From the human T2T-CHM13v2.0 reference genome, Homo sapiens: a stretch of 64,000 bases of DNA. A program made the translations under genes and the position numbers. Positions 36,020 through 51,865 of the stretch are shown here, piece by piece; within the stretch, counting starts at the first letter, position 1, and every line of letters begins with the position of its first letter. The notes below the pieces were generated by a model. The model searched no databases and had not been told where the DNA came from. It saw only the letters and a program-made list of their open reading frames with translations. The stretch lies in assembly GCF_009914755.1 (NCBI RefSeq), contig NC_060942.1, one strand, 5' to 3'.

Positions 36020-36868
36020 TAATTCATTAAGTTTTAGGCTTTTCAGCTAACCTGTAGATTATCTAACACAGTGAAGGGGTTTTCTCTTTTATTACCCAGA
36101 GCACTTGGTGCAGGAGCCAGTTCTACCTCCAGGTGTGGTTTGTTGGGAAAGGATTCAGATAAGAAGTGATGCTTGAGCTGAATCTTAAAGGAGGTGTTTT
36201 CCAGGTAAAGGAGGCAGGGAAAGAAAACCCAGGGGGAGTATGGAGGTGATAAAGAGGCTAGTGGAAGGTGCAGGTGCATAGTCTGGCTGTGCTAGTGCCA
36301 GGGCATGGGTGATGGGTCCCACCTGGAAAGAAGGCTAGACTTGGAGTTGGGAACCAGGTACCAAGTGCCTTACGGCCCCTGCAGGTATGTCCTGAGCCCA
36401 ACCAGGATTGTTTGGAAGATTTTAAGCCGAGGGTGAGAGGTAGGATGGATTCAGATTCGGGGACCTGAGTGGGGAACCTGATCAGATTTGCTTTTTGGAA
36501 AGTGACTGTGACAGATACGTGAGCCATGGGCAAGTCTTCAACCTGAGCCTCAGTTTCCTCATTTCTCAAGCAGGAACAATAGATGTGCGTGAAGACTGGA
36601 AGCGATAATGTATGTGAAAAGTGGTATATGTCAACTATTATTACATGACTTTGAGTCACGAATGAGTTAACATGCTTACGTTCTCAAGAAGAGATCAGTT
36701 TCGTCATCTGCTTGGTATTGTTTCTTGATTTATACAGCTGTTTCCTCAAGCATTTTTCTTTAAATGGGAGCAGCTATTACTATTTTTTGTCTGTTTCAGC
36801 TTCAACTCTGTTACAAATTGGAAGGAACGAGTTGTTGAACATTGATCGTAGAAAAGGAAAAGAAAGTT

Positions 36869-36874
36869 TTTATT
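36869..36874 (-). terminator. Candidate distal poly(A) signal AATAAA for a long 3'UTR
   Basis: Plus-strand tttatt followed on the minus strand by a T-rich run, ~3.3 kb past the stop. Consistent with my recollection of a long annotated UTR; other hexamers exist at 37431, 38390 and 38924. Confidence 0.45.
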
Positions 36875-37050
36875 TTTTGCCTTGTTGTGCATTCATTCTT
36901 TCAAAAGCTGTTTAGAGGAAAAAACATTTTCTATCTTCTCATAGTAGTAAGTAGCAACTCAGGTGCCTGAAGACCCCATCATATTTTACTAAAACTCTCC
37001 ACTCCAAAAGAGCATCAGTTGTGTGTAGGTGAATAGAAAGCTGGTGTGTA

Positions 37051-37417
<367 letters not shown>

Positions 37418-38085
37418 TTATTCATTTGATTTTATTCAGTGTGCTATTAAGAAGGGCCCTTCCTTCTAAAGAAAATTAGAACATTTTCAAAGCTTGCGTC
37501 TGAATCCTGTCTCACTACTCAGTAATGGAGTGACCCAGGAAACCGCATCACCTCCCCAAGCCCCAGTCCCTGTGAAATGGGGAGTGTAGTAAGACCTGCT
37601 TCCTAGGGCTGTTGGGAGGATCAGGTGAGACAATCTGATTGAAGGACTTGGACCAGTGCCTGATAAATAATAAGCACTTGGTAAGTTATTATTAGGGCTG
37701 GGAGAGCAATAACTTCAGCTGCGAAAGCTAATACTAGTCTATCCTGATGACGGCATCAGATACTTATTTTCAAGTTTCTTCTGAAGACAAATTTTAATTG
37801 ACACTTGAAAACCAGGAAGAGCATGAAAAAGAGGACTCAGTGTAGCCTCTAAAGGCTGTTGAGCCTGAAGAGGTGTTGGAATGCCGTGCCCGCCTTGTGT
37901 TGCAGGCTTCAGCAGTTTAGGCCCAGAGGACTGTGGGTCCCACCTGCCTGACAGCAGGGCACACAGGTGCTGAGCAGTTGGCCATTACTGGGCTGTGAAA
38001 ACAGCATGAATGGGGAATGGAGACTGTGGGCAAAGCAGTACAGTCCACTTGTTCGCAGGTGGGAAAGTCAAACTCTGTCTTTATT

Positions 38086-38369
38086 CTTTTTTTTTTTTTC
38101 TTTTTGAGATGAGTCTCGCTCTGTCGCCCAGGCTGGAGTGCGGTGGCGCGATCTCGGCTCGCTGCAAGCTCCGCCTCCCGGGTTCACGCCATTCTCCCGC
38201 CTCAGCCTCCGCGCCCGCCACCGCGCCCAGCCAATTTTTTTTTTGTATTTTTAGTAGAGACGGGGTTTCACCGTGTTAGCCAGGATGGTCTCGATCTCCT
38301 GACCTTGTGATCCGTCCGCCTCGGCCTCCCAAAGTGCTGGGATTACAGGCGTGAGCCACCGCGCCCGGC
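38086..38369 (-). mobile_element. CpG-rich AluY with a 19-bp internal deletion
   Basis: TSD ctgtctttattctttt; 'ctcagcctcc|gcgcccgcc' lacks cgagtagctgggactacag. Confidence 0.92.
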
Positions 38370-38407
38370 TGTCTTTATTCTTTTACCATTTTATTTGGGA
38401 TAAGTAG

Positions 38408-38980
<573 letters not shown>

Positions 38981-39417
38981 TAAGAAAACAAACTTTCCAG
39001 GTAACACGTAGCCGGTTCCCATCTTTCTAGCATCTCTGCCTTTGGCTGATGTGACGCCTACGTTCCTGACAGTTAATGTTGGCTCTGTAGGGATCTGATG
39101 CCAAGTACAGTCATAGCTCAGCCATGACACAGGGCCTTCCAGATAGGCCAGATTCAGTGCCCTTCCCAACAGATGCCTCTCCATCCCCCACACCTCCCGA
39201 CTCCACCAAAATGAAGTGGAAGCACGTCTTGAGTTGCCCATTTCTTCTGTGTCTGGTCAGGCACACGTCAAGAATGTTGGCTGGTGATGGGCTCAAGGCA
39301 GGCACAGCCCGCTTCACTGTGCATGTGTGCAGGCTTGATTGACACTGGCAAAATCTGCAAGGATATTTCTAGACATTCCAAGTGATTGGTTCCTCTGAGG
39401 AAATGAAACATTAAAAA

Positions 39418-39436
<19 letters not shown>

Positions 39437-39448
<12 letters not shown>

Positions 39449-40126
39449 CATGTATATTTAATTATTTTTTTAAAGCCACAATTGAAAAAATTCTTTGCCA
39501 CTGGGTAGAATTAAATCTGACAGGAAACCCTAGGAGTTTTTATTAGTACCATTATTGTTTTCTTTGGCTCCATGTATTATGTCGGTAAAATGACAAAAAA
39601 AAAAAAAGGAAAAAAATTGTAAAAGACAAATATTTTGTACAAAAATACAAAGTTTTAAAAGCTCTTTAAGTATATTTCATATTATTACTAATAGTTGGCC
39701 TATATATCTGTATGTCTGCATATTTTTCCTACACTTGGGATTTTAGAAATGTATGGCACTGTTTACACAGTATATGCTTAAGTTCTTCCCATAACTCAAC
39801 GACCAATGATAACCTTTTTCTGATTGGAGTGTTCCATACTTTGGAAGACATAATTTGTATAATCGCACGGTTACTGACGGAGGAGAATCTATGTGATTCA
39901 GTCCATGTGCACAATGAAAATCAGCATATCACCCTGGGGAACATTTTAGTTCCCAAGTCTTTGGGTAATGACGGATGGTAAAAAACACTAGCTGTCAATT
40001 TTTTTTCAGTAATTGGCTTTCAGTGCTTTTTTTTTTTCAATCTGATGAGAAGGTGATGCAATTAGAAAGGAGTGTCCTTTGCCTTTGAGAGCTGAAAATT
40101 TGCTCATGTGATCCCATCACAGTCCG
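39437..40126 (-). other. COLEC12: COLEC12 proximal 3'UTR
   Basis: AT-rich unique sequence after the stop codon, ending at poly(A) hexamers. The 3' end is estimated. Confidence 0.75.
39457..39544 (-). terminator. Proximal poly(A) signals: AATAAA (39539-39544) and ATTAAA (39457-39462)
   Basis: Hexamers on the minus strand, TGTA elements upstream (~39637-39641) and a (TA)n/T-run U-rich element downstream (39413-39450). Confidence 0.7.
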
Positions 40127-40146
40127 TTATAATGCAGATGACAGTA
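40127..40146 (-). CDS. COLEC12: COLEC12 terminal exon coding part (V)LSSAL*
   Basis: Polypyrimidine tract tttctctcttttAG|TA CTG TCA TCT GCA TTA TAA. Completes the phase-1 codon from exon 9; stop at 40127-40129. Confidence 0.95.
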
Positions 40147-40316
40147 CTAAAAGAGAGAAATAAGAATGGGCATTAGTTTTTCTTAAATAATAAAGTTAAT
40201 GTGCAATTCAAAAAAAGGGAACGTGTATTTTTATAGGACAGTGTCTAAAATACATCATTCAACAATGCTTATATTTTCAAAGAAATGTCTAGAAGATCTT
40301 ATTTGGATGAAAAGAT

Positions 40317-40356
40317 AAGTTTCATTTTGAAAAGCCAAGTTTCATTTTGAAAAGCC
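40317..40356. repeat. Perfect 20-bp tandem duplication
   Basis: aagtttcattttgaaaagcc x2. Confidence 0.95.
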
Positions 40357-41094
40357 TATTCTGGGAAAGCCTGGTCCCTACTCAAATCCCAAATGGCCAA
40401 ACAAAGCATACAAAAGACAAATCTGAGTTACTTGTCACCATCAATTATAATCCCTTGTTTAGATATCTGTGTTTTTCCCCCTCAACTGACCCAGCTGTGA
40501 GTTCCTATGTGTCTTAAGGTCCCTAGCACTTGGACCAATGCCTGACACATCAAAGGTGCTCAGTAACTGTCTGTTGAATGGCAATACGGATAATTTATGC
40601 CCCAGTTACTTCCAAAAATAGTTTGACCAAAATATATTTGAGGTTTTTGTTTTTATATGAACAGCTTTATTGAAATATAATTGACAAATTGTATAATTCA
40701 CCCATTTAAAGCATATAATTCAGTGGTCTTTGGTATAGTCACAAAGTTATGCAATTTAGAACCAATCTAATCTAATTTTAGAACATTTCCATCACCCCAA
40801 AAAGAAACCCCATACCCATTAGCATTCATTCCCCATTTCCTCTGTCCCCTATCACAAACTTTTAATCTCATTCTGGTGAAGAAAACTAAGATGCCACATT
40901 CCAAAGAGGGTCGTGTGTTAAATGAAGCTTTAGATACATAGCCTTTGAAGTCAAGAAAATCTCCAAAAGCTGCTTTGGCTTATGAGCTGATAAGCAGCAC
41001 AGACCATCTCCCTCTATTATGTATCACAGGATCTGGCCTATAGTAGATGCTCAATAGATACACGTGGAATTGAACGCTTGGCCACCTGGATTAG

Positions 41095-41538
<444 letters not shown>

Positions 41539-41743
41539 TAACTTATTTAAATCTTCACAACCTCGTGAAGAAGATGCTATTACTATTTCCCTGAGGTTAA
41601 TCACCTGCCCAGTTAATAAATGGCATAACCAGGGCTGAAACCTAATTGCAGTGCCTGCATTCAGGGCCCTTGTACTCACCACCCCTCACCCTTTCATAGG
41701 ACATAAGCTGGCAGCTCCCTCTTAAATCCCATCTACTGCTCAC

Positions 41744-41889
41744 CTGTCTCCCTGTCTTTTTCGCAAATGAAGTTATTGACGTCTTCACATTGGAAATCGT
41801 TCCACTGCCCAGCATAAATCAACCCAGCACAGTCTTCTCCTGGCCCATGGCCATGACCCCAGTTATCCGGCTGTCCAGCTTTCCAATTT
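41744..41889 (-). CDS. COLEC12: COLEC12 C-type lectin domain exon 3 (exon 9), 146 nt; Ca2+/sugar-binding site
   Basis: gctaaAAG|A AAT TGG ... GAG ACA G|GTGAGC. Encodes NWKAGQPDNWGHGHGPGEDCAGLIYAGQWNDFQCEDVNNFICEKDRET, with QPD and WND motifs (galactose-type specificity). Confidence 0.98.
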
Positions 41890-42275
41890 CTTTTAGCAAA
41901 ACAGAAATTGAATGTTATTTGCACAGTAATGCAGAGCTTTTCTTTACTCAAGAGCAGCAGAGAATATAAAAAAACAAAATTGAAGCATGTCATTTATCCT
42001 GGAATGAAAATGCAGTTTAAAAATCAGTACATGCTCTTATTCAGAGAAAGGAGCAGCTGTTTTGCAGAGTAATGCATAATGCGGCATCTCCCTGCGCGCT
42101 TGTGATCTTTGCTACCATGAACCAAACTCACTAGGCTGGTTCATCAGAATGCAGAGGGAGCGAATCTTGCTTTGGGACAGTTAGATGAATGACTTTCTAA
42201 TGTGTACTGGAATGCTGACTTCTGGGCATGAGTGTATATATGTGTGTGAATATCTATTCATTATGAGGACATGAT

Positions 42276-42308
<33 letters not shown>
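42276..42308. repeat. (CA)n microsatellite
   Basis: CA run. Confidence 0.95.
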
Positions 42309-43028
42309 TGATCTTGTGAGAACCCAGAGGGACCTTGTACATTTCAATATCTTGCCTCTAACAAGTCCAAGAGCCAGGAAGAGAAAGTGAAAGACTTTTG
42401 ATATACATTTACAAGAACCTACAATTACAAATAACTGGTTATGATTGTCTGGGTGAGTTGTAGAAGGTTGATTGCTTTAGAAAGAAATAGTAACTTAATC
42501 TTACTGAAAATGACTCCTACATTTCACTCCCTTTTTTGGGAGAGAGATTCTTAAAAACAAGTTTTCTTTAGGATGAGTTCACATGGGGCTTCTTAACTTG
42601 GATGCTGCTGCTCAGAACAGCACCTTGCCATGGATAACAGTTCTTGATTACGTTTCCACGAATAAATCAGGTGTGCTTCCAGACTCACCCCTTGAAGGTT
42701 CAATCTTGTCTAAGAAGCAGATTCATGCACAGAAGCTTGTGGCTGCTGCCTGAGAGGACAAGCCTGCCTCATGTGGAGGGTCTGGAAGAACATCTGCAGC
42801 GGAGGGTGCTTCCTATAAACAATGACTCATTACCGCACTGGCCACAGGGTGTCCTCGGGTCACCCGAGGAGACAGCCTGTATGGCCCTGTATCTTTGGAC
42901 AATAACACCCGCAAAACCAGAGGCAGCGGGAAAGGACAGTTGAAGTTTAGTCAAAGGGTGGGGACAGGGTAGAACTGACTCCCCCACACCAAATGTGTAT
43001 TTTGGGATTTAAAAAAAATGAGTATGAA

Positions 43029-43316
43029 GGCCGGGCGTAGTGGCTCATGCCTGTAATCCCAGCGTTTTGGGGGGCTGAGGCAGATGGATCACCTGAGGTC
43101 AGGAGTTCGAGACCAGCCTGGCCAACATGGCGAAACCCTGTCTCTACTAAAAATACAAAAATTAGCTGGGCATGGTGGCAGGCACCTGTAGTCCCAGCTA
43201 CTTGGGAGGCTGAAGCAGGAGAATTGCTTGAATCCAGGAGGTGGAGGTTTGCAGTGAGCCAAGATCATGCCACTGCACTCCAGCCTGGGTGACAGAGCGA
43301 GGCTCCATCTCAAAAA
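43029..43316 (+). mobile_element. AluS
   Basis: Full dimer. Confidence 0.92.
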
Positions 43317-44593
43317 TACATATATATATATAAATTGAGTGGCCTCAATTAAATAAACCTAGTGATGAAAGAGAATTCAGAGGAAACCATCGATTGGTGA
43401 GAGTAAAAATGGGATGCTACTTAGAAGGGAGAGTTAGAAAATAGTCTCACTCACTCACTCACACCAGGCATCCATAGCACTCCTGCTATGAGCCAGGTAT
43501 CATCTGGGTGATGGCAACATAGCAGTGCAGAGAAGAGACAAAGTCCCAACTCTTACAGCTTACATAACAGATGAGTCACAATGAGTTCAAAATCTCAGCC
43601 TGTGACAATCTCAGCCTGACGCCAGATAGAGATGAAGTTGGAAAGAAAAGTAGTTTACTTTCACATTTGGTTTTTTGTGTAACTCTTTTCACCTTGTGAG
43701 ATTCTTCTGGAGATGTCAACAATGCCTGAGCAGTTTAATCTTGTGGACATACATTTCGTTCATTTCTGCCAGTAATATGGGGGGTTTGATTCCATTTTTG
43801 TTTATAAAATTTGAGATCTATGATTCCTGAATGTATAATGATAGGATATTTGATATTCTTGACTTCTCAGTTAATTGGGAAATTATATAAATATGACTTC
43901 TTTGGGCTTAGAAGTCCTGCTTAATATTTTCCCCTTGCGTTTCCTTTTAAGTCATTTTAAGTTAAATAAATAAAAAGGATGTATCAACCAGGCAGAGAAA
44001 TAACTGAGTGATAAGAAAGGAGATAATCTTTATCGCCTTTCTCCATTTGTTTTTCCAGGTCACTGGAATTCTTCACATACAGTACTCAAGGCTTTCCTTA
44101 GGACTAAAAGCAGAATGCAGTTCTGTGGCCATAAGCGGAGGTGACTGCAGTAGGCCAGAATGGGTGGAAAGTGGGTAGCCTGAAGCCAGACTGAAGGGAC
44201 AATTTATTCTGTGGGCTGACCACCCAGAGTCTCAAAGCATCTCTTTGGCAAAGCTAAAATCACATGGAGTGATTTGTGGCAAAACCCCTCAGTCTGCATG
44301 TTTATAATAATATAGAACGTAACGTGTCAAATAAGCAAAATGTATATATTTTGGAGAAGAATGTCAGCTTAAATAGTGCTTAACCTCATTCACAGGTAGA
44401 TTCTGGCAAGATGAATGGCTGAAGTCTGGGGCTCAAAGCCCTGAATTCTACATTATCATACACATGTCACAGAAGTGAGCGGTAGCAGCACATACATATA
44501 CTTGGACATCACACTCTGAAAACACCAGGAATCTTGGAAATGCTTGGACTGATTGCTCCAGTAAGCTGGAAACACACACACACACACACATCA

Positions 44594-45300
<707 letters not shown>

Positions 45301-45718
45301 ACAAAAAACTGAAAACACAATGTATGATATTATACGGAGCAGTCTGCATAGACAGAAAGGCACCACATTTTATCTTTGTGATGCCAAGATGAAAGCTGTG
45401 ACTCGTAGTGTGACAGCACACTCCCACCAAATGAGGTCCCGTGGACAGAGGAACAGAAGAGCTTCTAGTGCGTTTGGGGAGATTCTCAGGAAGACTGTCA
45501 CATCTCTGGTGATCTAAGGTGGGCAACTGCAAGCAGGGTAGGCAAGAGAGGCCTTAACAACCTCCCTTAGCATTCTGCTCTGAGCAGGTGGGCAAGTACC
45601 CAGGTCCCGTATGTGTCCGGCTCCCGCAGGTCTAGCAGGCAGCCTCCATTAACAATGACAGTCTCCCAATCACATGCTTACACCTATACTCATTACACCA
45701 AGAGTAAAAGGATCAGCC

Positions 45719-46013
45719 TTTTTTTTTTTTTTTTTTTTTTTTTGAGACAGAGTCTTGTTCTGTCTCGGAAAAAAGAAAAAAGAAAAAAAGCCAAGGCTGG
45801 AATGCAGAGGTGTCATCACAGCTCACTGCAGCCTCAACCTCCCAAGCTCAAGTGATCCTCTCACCTCAGCTTCCTGAATACCTGGGACCACAGATGCACA
45901 CCAGCACACCCAGCTAATTTTTAAGTTTTTTGTAGAGATGGGGTCTTGCTATGTTGCTCAGGCCGGTCTCGAACTCCTGGGCTCAAGCAATCCTCCCGCC
46001 TTCGCCTCCCAAA
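45719..46013 (-). mobile_element. 5'-truncated AluJ with an internal inverted A-tract insertion
   Basis: Antisense Alu text with 'tcggaaaaaagaaaaaagaaaaaaag' inserted after 'ctgtc'. Confidence 0.85.
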
Positions 46014-46044
46014 GGAAAAGATCAACTTTGACATGTTCCTGGTT

Positions 46045-46960
<916 letters not shown>

Positions 46961-47917
46961 AAGGCCTGTTCTTTGCTGTATCCACAGTTAGGGTTGCTAT
47001 GTTCTATTGACTGTGACATGGCCCTGGAAACCTGCCTTTTTAAAACATGATCCCAATGACGACTGCTCACTCATACTGCTGCCCCCACACTCCAGAAAAG
47101 ATCCTGCAGGCCAGCACAGAGGCTGGCTCATGGCAGACACTTCAAGATAATCCATCAAATGTTATCATGAGACTGTGGGCCAATGGACTCTAATCTCCAG
47201 TCAGGGGCTGGGTGTTGGCCAAGAATGAAGTTTTCACAGGACCTGGTGAAATGAGAAGAATAAGGACAATGTGTGTGTGTGTGAATGTAAGATGGCCAGC
47301 CATCTCTTCTTGGAAATAATTATAGGTTTATTATTATTTTTTTTAATGCTGAGATTTGCTGATTGGTACTTTCTAAAAGCCTTGTCCTTAATTGGCAAAT
47401 AAAATCCTGCTGATCTGTGTTGGCCCTGCCAGTCTTTCTTTTGAAATTGTATTGGTGTGTGGATCCAAAGCATCTGGGGACCCATCCTTGGAACTGTCCG
47501 GGCCATTGCAGGTGGCATCTCACGCCACCCTTTCCCCTCAGCTGGTCCTGTCCTGCTGCGGTGCAGAAAGAGCCATAAGATTCAGCAAGTCAGGTTGAGT
47601 GTTTCATGGGAAATAAGCCTGAGCTCAATCTGTGTGTCCCCTAAGCCTTTGGCTTCTGTTCCATGTCACTATTGCCTTCTGTCTGTTCCAGCACTCTCTT
47701 TCTCAACCAGGTCTCAGCATGAAAAATGAGGTGAGGCCGAGACGCAGAGGAGAGAGCCTTTTATCCCTCGTCTATTTGCTCTTTAACAGTAACCACAAAA
47801 CCTGCAAACTGTTTTAAAAGGATTTCACGCGTGTTGGGAGAAAAGAATAAGGGGAAAGCAGTGGTACTTAATTCTTCCTAGCCTGGGCAAGGGATGGGAC
47901 GGTGCCAGGCCCATCGG

Positions 47918-48295
47918 CTTCTATTTTTTGGAAGAGTTTAAGAAGAACTGGTGCTAACTCTTCTTTGAATGTTTGGTAGAATTTGGCTGTGAAGCCATCT
48001 GGTCCTGGGCTTATCTTTCTGGGAGGTTTCTGATTGCTACTTCAATCTCCTTCTTTGTTATTAGGCTGGCCAGGCTATTTCTTCCTTTTTTTTTCCTCGT
48101 TTTTTTAAGAGATGGGGTCTTGCTCTATTGCTCAGGCTGGTCTTGAACTCCTGGCCTCAAATGATACTCCCACCTCAGCCTACGCTTTCTATTTCTTCTG
48201 GATCCAGTCTTGGTAGGCTGTAGGTTTCTAGGAATTTATCCATTCTTCTAGGTCATCCAATTTGTTGGTGAATAATTGTTCATAATCGTCTCCTG
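47918..48295 (-). mobile_element. L1 ORF2 fragment with an Alu monomer piece
   Basis: 'gaatgtttggtagaatttggctgtgaagccatctggtcctgggct'. Confidence 0.8.
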
Positions 48296-49878
48296 CGATG
48301 ATCTGTTCCAGAAATCACTGCTGGCGGCAGGGGAAAGGGAGGTGGATGGGCCAATCCTTGGAGGCCACAGATGCAAAGACAAGGAGAGTAAAAGTGAGTC
48401 TGACTAGGAGGAGACATATTTGGGGCGGTTTATGCTGGTAGGAGACCCTTGAGAGCCTGAAGCCCAGTCCCCATTCCCAGGCCATGCAGAGAACGTTTTT
48501 CTTGTCTTCTTCACACACCTGTTGTGGGACTTGAGTGAGACACTGTGTGGACATCCCAATCAGGATACTGTAAAATATATACATTCTATGTAGTATTTAT
48601 CTGCAACTGCTAACTAATATGATAATAATTATGATGATAATAGCAATAATATACCAATACCAGCAGGTACTATTTCTTGAGCACTTCCTATGTGCCAAGC
48701 CCTCGACTAAATGCTTTGCATACAGCTATCACACTTTATTTTCACAATACTGACATAGGTATTTTGGAAAATTCATCTTATAAATGGGGACATGGAGGTT
48801 TTGCAGAGTTGAGCAACTCACACGAGGCCTTGCAGCTTTGAGTGTTGCTGGGTCAAGGCCCAGAACCCCGATCTTGCTGATGCTAGATCCCTCTAGCATC
48901 TAGCTGATGCACTCCCTCCCTCGGCTGCACTGGCTTTCTTTCTAGTTTGTGCAATGTTTATTATTACATGTCAAATTAAATTAGCCTTTGGTTATTGAGA
49001 CCTCATAACACGCCTGTCTAACTTATTCTTGCTTTTAAAATTTGATCCTGGGGATTTTTATGTTCCTATGTATTCCTTTGGGTGGAAAACGAGAAGCACA
49101 GCCTGTGTGGTGGCTGGGGTGCAGAAGCTGAGGATTTGGGAGGCTCCAAAATGGCTGTGGTTGGGGACTGGGTGCCCAGTAAGGTGTCTGGTGACGTCAT
49201 TCTTCTCAGGTCCTGGGTACCAAGCGGGTGCGCTCCATCCAGATCATGTAATTCTTGCTGGACCCCAGGGAAGAGGAGAAAAATTTCACATTGGGAGAGC
49301 TGGCATAGACAGTAATGTTCCAGCTCAATCCATTCCATATGGGCCAATCCAGTTTTTTTCTTGGGGAAAGGCTTAAGATTGAATTTCTTAGTGAGTCTAA
49401 CCCAGACCTTTGTGCATTTACGGCAGTGAAAAATGTGGAGAAGATGATTTTTTGTTTCAGCTTCTCCCAACTCTCTTAAAAAAAAGACCCCGGCGCTCTT
49501 GGCTGTCAAAAAAGCAGAATTTTGTCTTTTTTAAAAAACAGTCTCTGTCTCCCATCCCATCCCCAGCTCCAACCTTCTACAGCTACTGTTTTAGATGGTG
49601 ATTCCTGCAACTGTTTTGAGTCTCCTAAAGTGTGTCCCTGCTGTGTTGGGCACTTTCCTTGGCTCATCAGGCAAAGTCTCAAGTGCCAGATTATGCCAGG
49701 GGGTACCCCTTCCTCTCCCCAGGACAGGCGCAGAGGAGCCGACGAGTCTCTGACAGGCCTGCAGCAGATATCCACTTGCCCTTAAGGGCAGTCTGAGGCT
49801 CACCTTCAGAGCAGACCTAAAATCTTCTAATGTTCCAAATCAATATTTCGCCACATGTTTATTTTTTATAAAGAGCTG

Positions 49879-50190
<312 letters not shown>

Positions 50191-50937
50191 GAGAGATGGC
50201 CTTATTCTGGTTTCCTCCTTTATCCTCTGATCCTACTCACATGGAGAATTTGAAAGTACAAAAGAGCCTGTTTATCCAAATGCACATGCACACGCACATA
50301 GGGACATTTAAAAAACTCGATCTGGCTTCTCCATCACCTCTGACCCTCCTCCCTGCTGCTCAGCTGATACAGGGCTAGGCCTCCATGCCCATGAGACTCT
50401 CTTAGGCCTGAAACACCCTTGTTTTCTCCTCTCCTGGGACAGCCCCAGAGGCCACACCGTGGACTTTGCCTAGTGCTCTCAGAAGGTGCTTCCAATGCGG
50501 TGATGCTCCTGTGCCTGGTGGAGCCCTGCAGGGTCTGGCCTCTCCGTCCCCAGCAAACTAAAGGTTACTCAGAGGGTTTTTTTTTTTTTTAATTTTATTT
50601 TTTTTATAAATTCTGCTTCATTTGTTACAGTTCCTTGCAATTTTCACACCCGTCAGAGGCAAAGCCAGAGTATGGAGATGTGATAATCAAACTGATGCAA
50701 TACAGTCATTGTTAGATCTTTGGGTAGAATTAGGGAAGGAGCTAACACCCCCTAGGGTAGGATGAGGCCCTGGAGACTTCTAGGTTATCCAAGAAGGTAC
50801 CTCAAAGTGATTCTATTCTTTGTTGCTCCTTTCATAGAACTTAGGTCACATGGAACTTATGGGGAATCTTCAAACCTCTAGGGGATGGTTATCCCGCAAA
50901 TGCAACTTTGTTTATAGTGTATTTTAACTTACTATGA

Positions 50938-51277
<340 letters not shown>

Positions 51278-51755
51278 GGAAAATTACTCATTTGTAGTTT
51301 CTAATCACACTCTGCCTAGAAGCCCAACTAGGGGTCAGGGGCACCCACAGTGTGATCCTGAAGGGAGCTCCCCAGTCCTTGGAAACACGCCTGGGGCGAA
51401 CGCTGAACATGCCTGAGGTTGCCTGGGCTTCATCATCTTTTCCCATAGCATTTAAAGAAAATGACTTGGCCAGAAGTATTATGCTGTGTGGTTTTATGAG
51501 TTTCATGATTTTTTTCTTAGAAATGAAAAAAAATTCACTCCATGAAAAGAAGAAAGGAAAGCCTTATTTGACAGCGTATCAACTGTCAACCACGATTTCC
51601 CCAGGGGAAATATGCAACTGGTACCAGGAGCCCCGGTTTGGGAGGAGCGTCTAGGACACGAGGTCATTAAGGAAGAAACTGTTGGGAGTCGGGCAAGAAG
51701 TGACAACAGAACAGTGAGAGCCTGACCACCAATCTGGAAGCTTCTGAGTACTTAC

Positions 51756-51865
51756 TTGTAGTCTGGAGATGTCCCATCCAGCCACTTCCATTCATTTTCA
51801 CGCTCTGAGTCTGTGAGGCCGATCCAGTGGCTCTCTCTCCCTACCATCTGTTTTTTTATCCATTG
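51756..51865 (-). CDS. COLEC12: COLEC12 C-type lectin domain exon 2 (exon 8), 110 nt
   Basis: tttttCAG|CAA TGG ATA ... GAC TAC AA|GTAAGT. Encodes QWIKKQMVGRESHWIGLTDSERENEWKWLDGTSPDY(K) with the WIGL motif. Read by hand; not in the ORF track. Confidence 0.97.

Noticed and set aside
41733-41743. Read-through of the exon 9 donor giving ..DRETGEQ*
   Set aside because: The donor CAG|GTGAGC is near consensus, and nothing suggests read-through is used.
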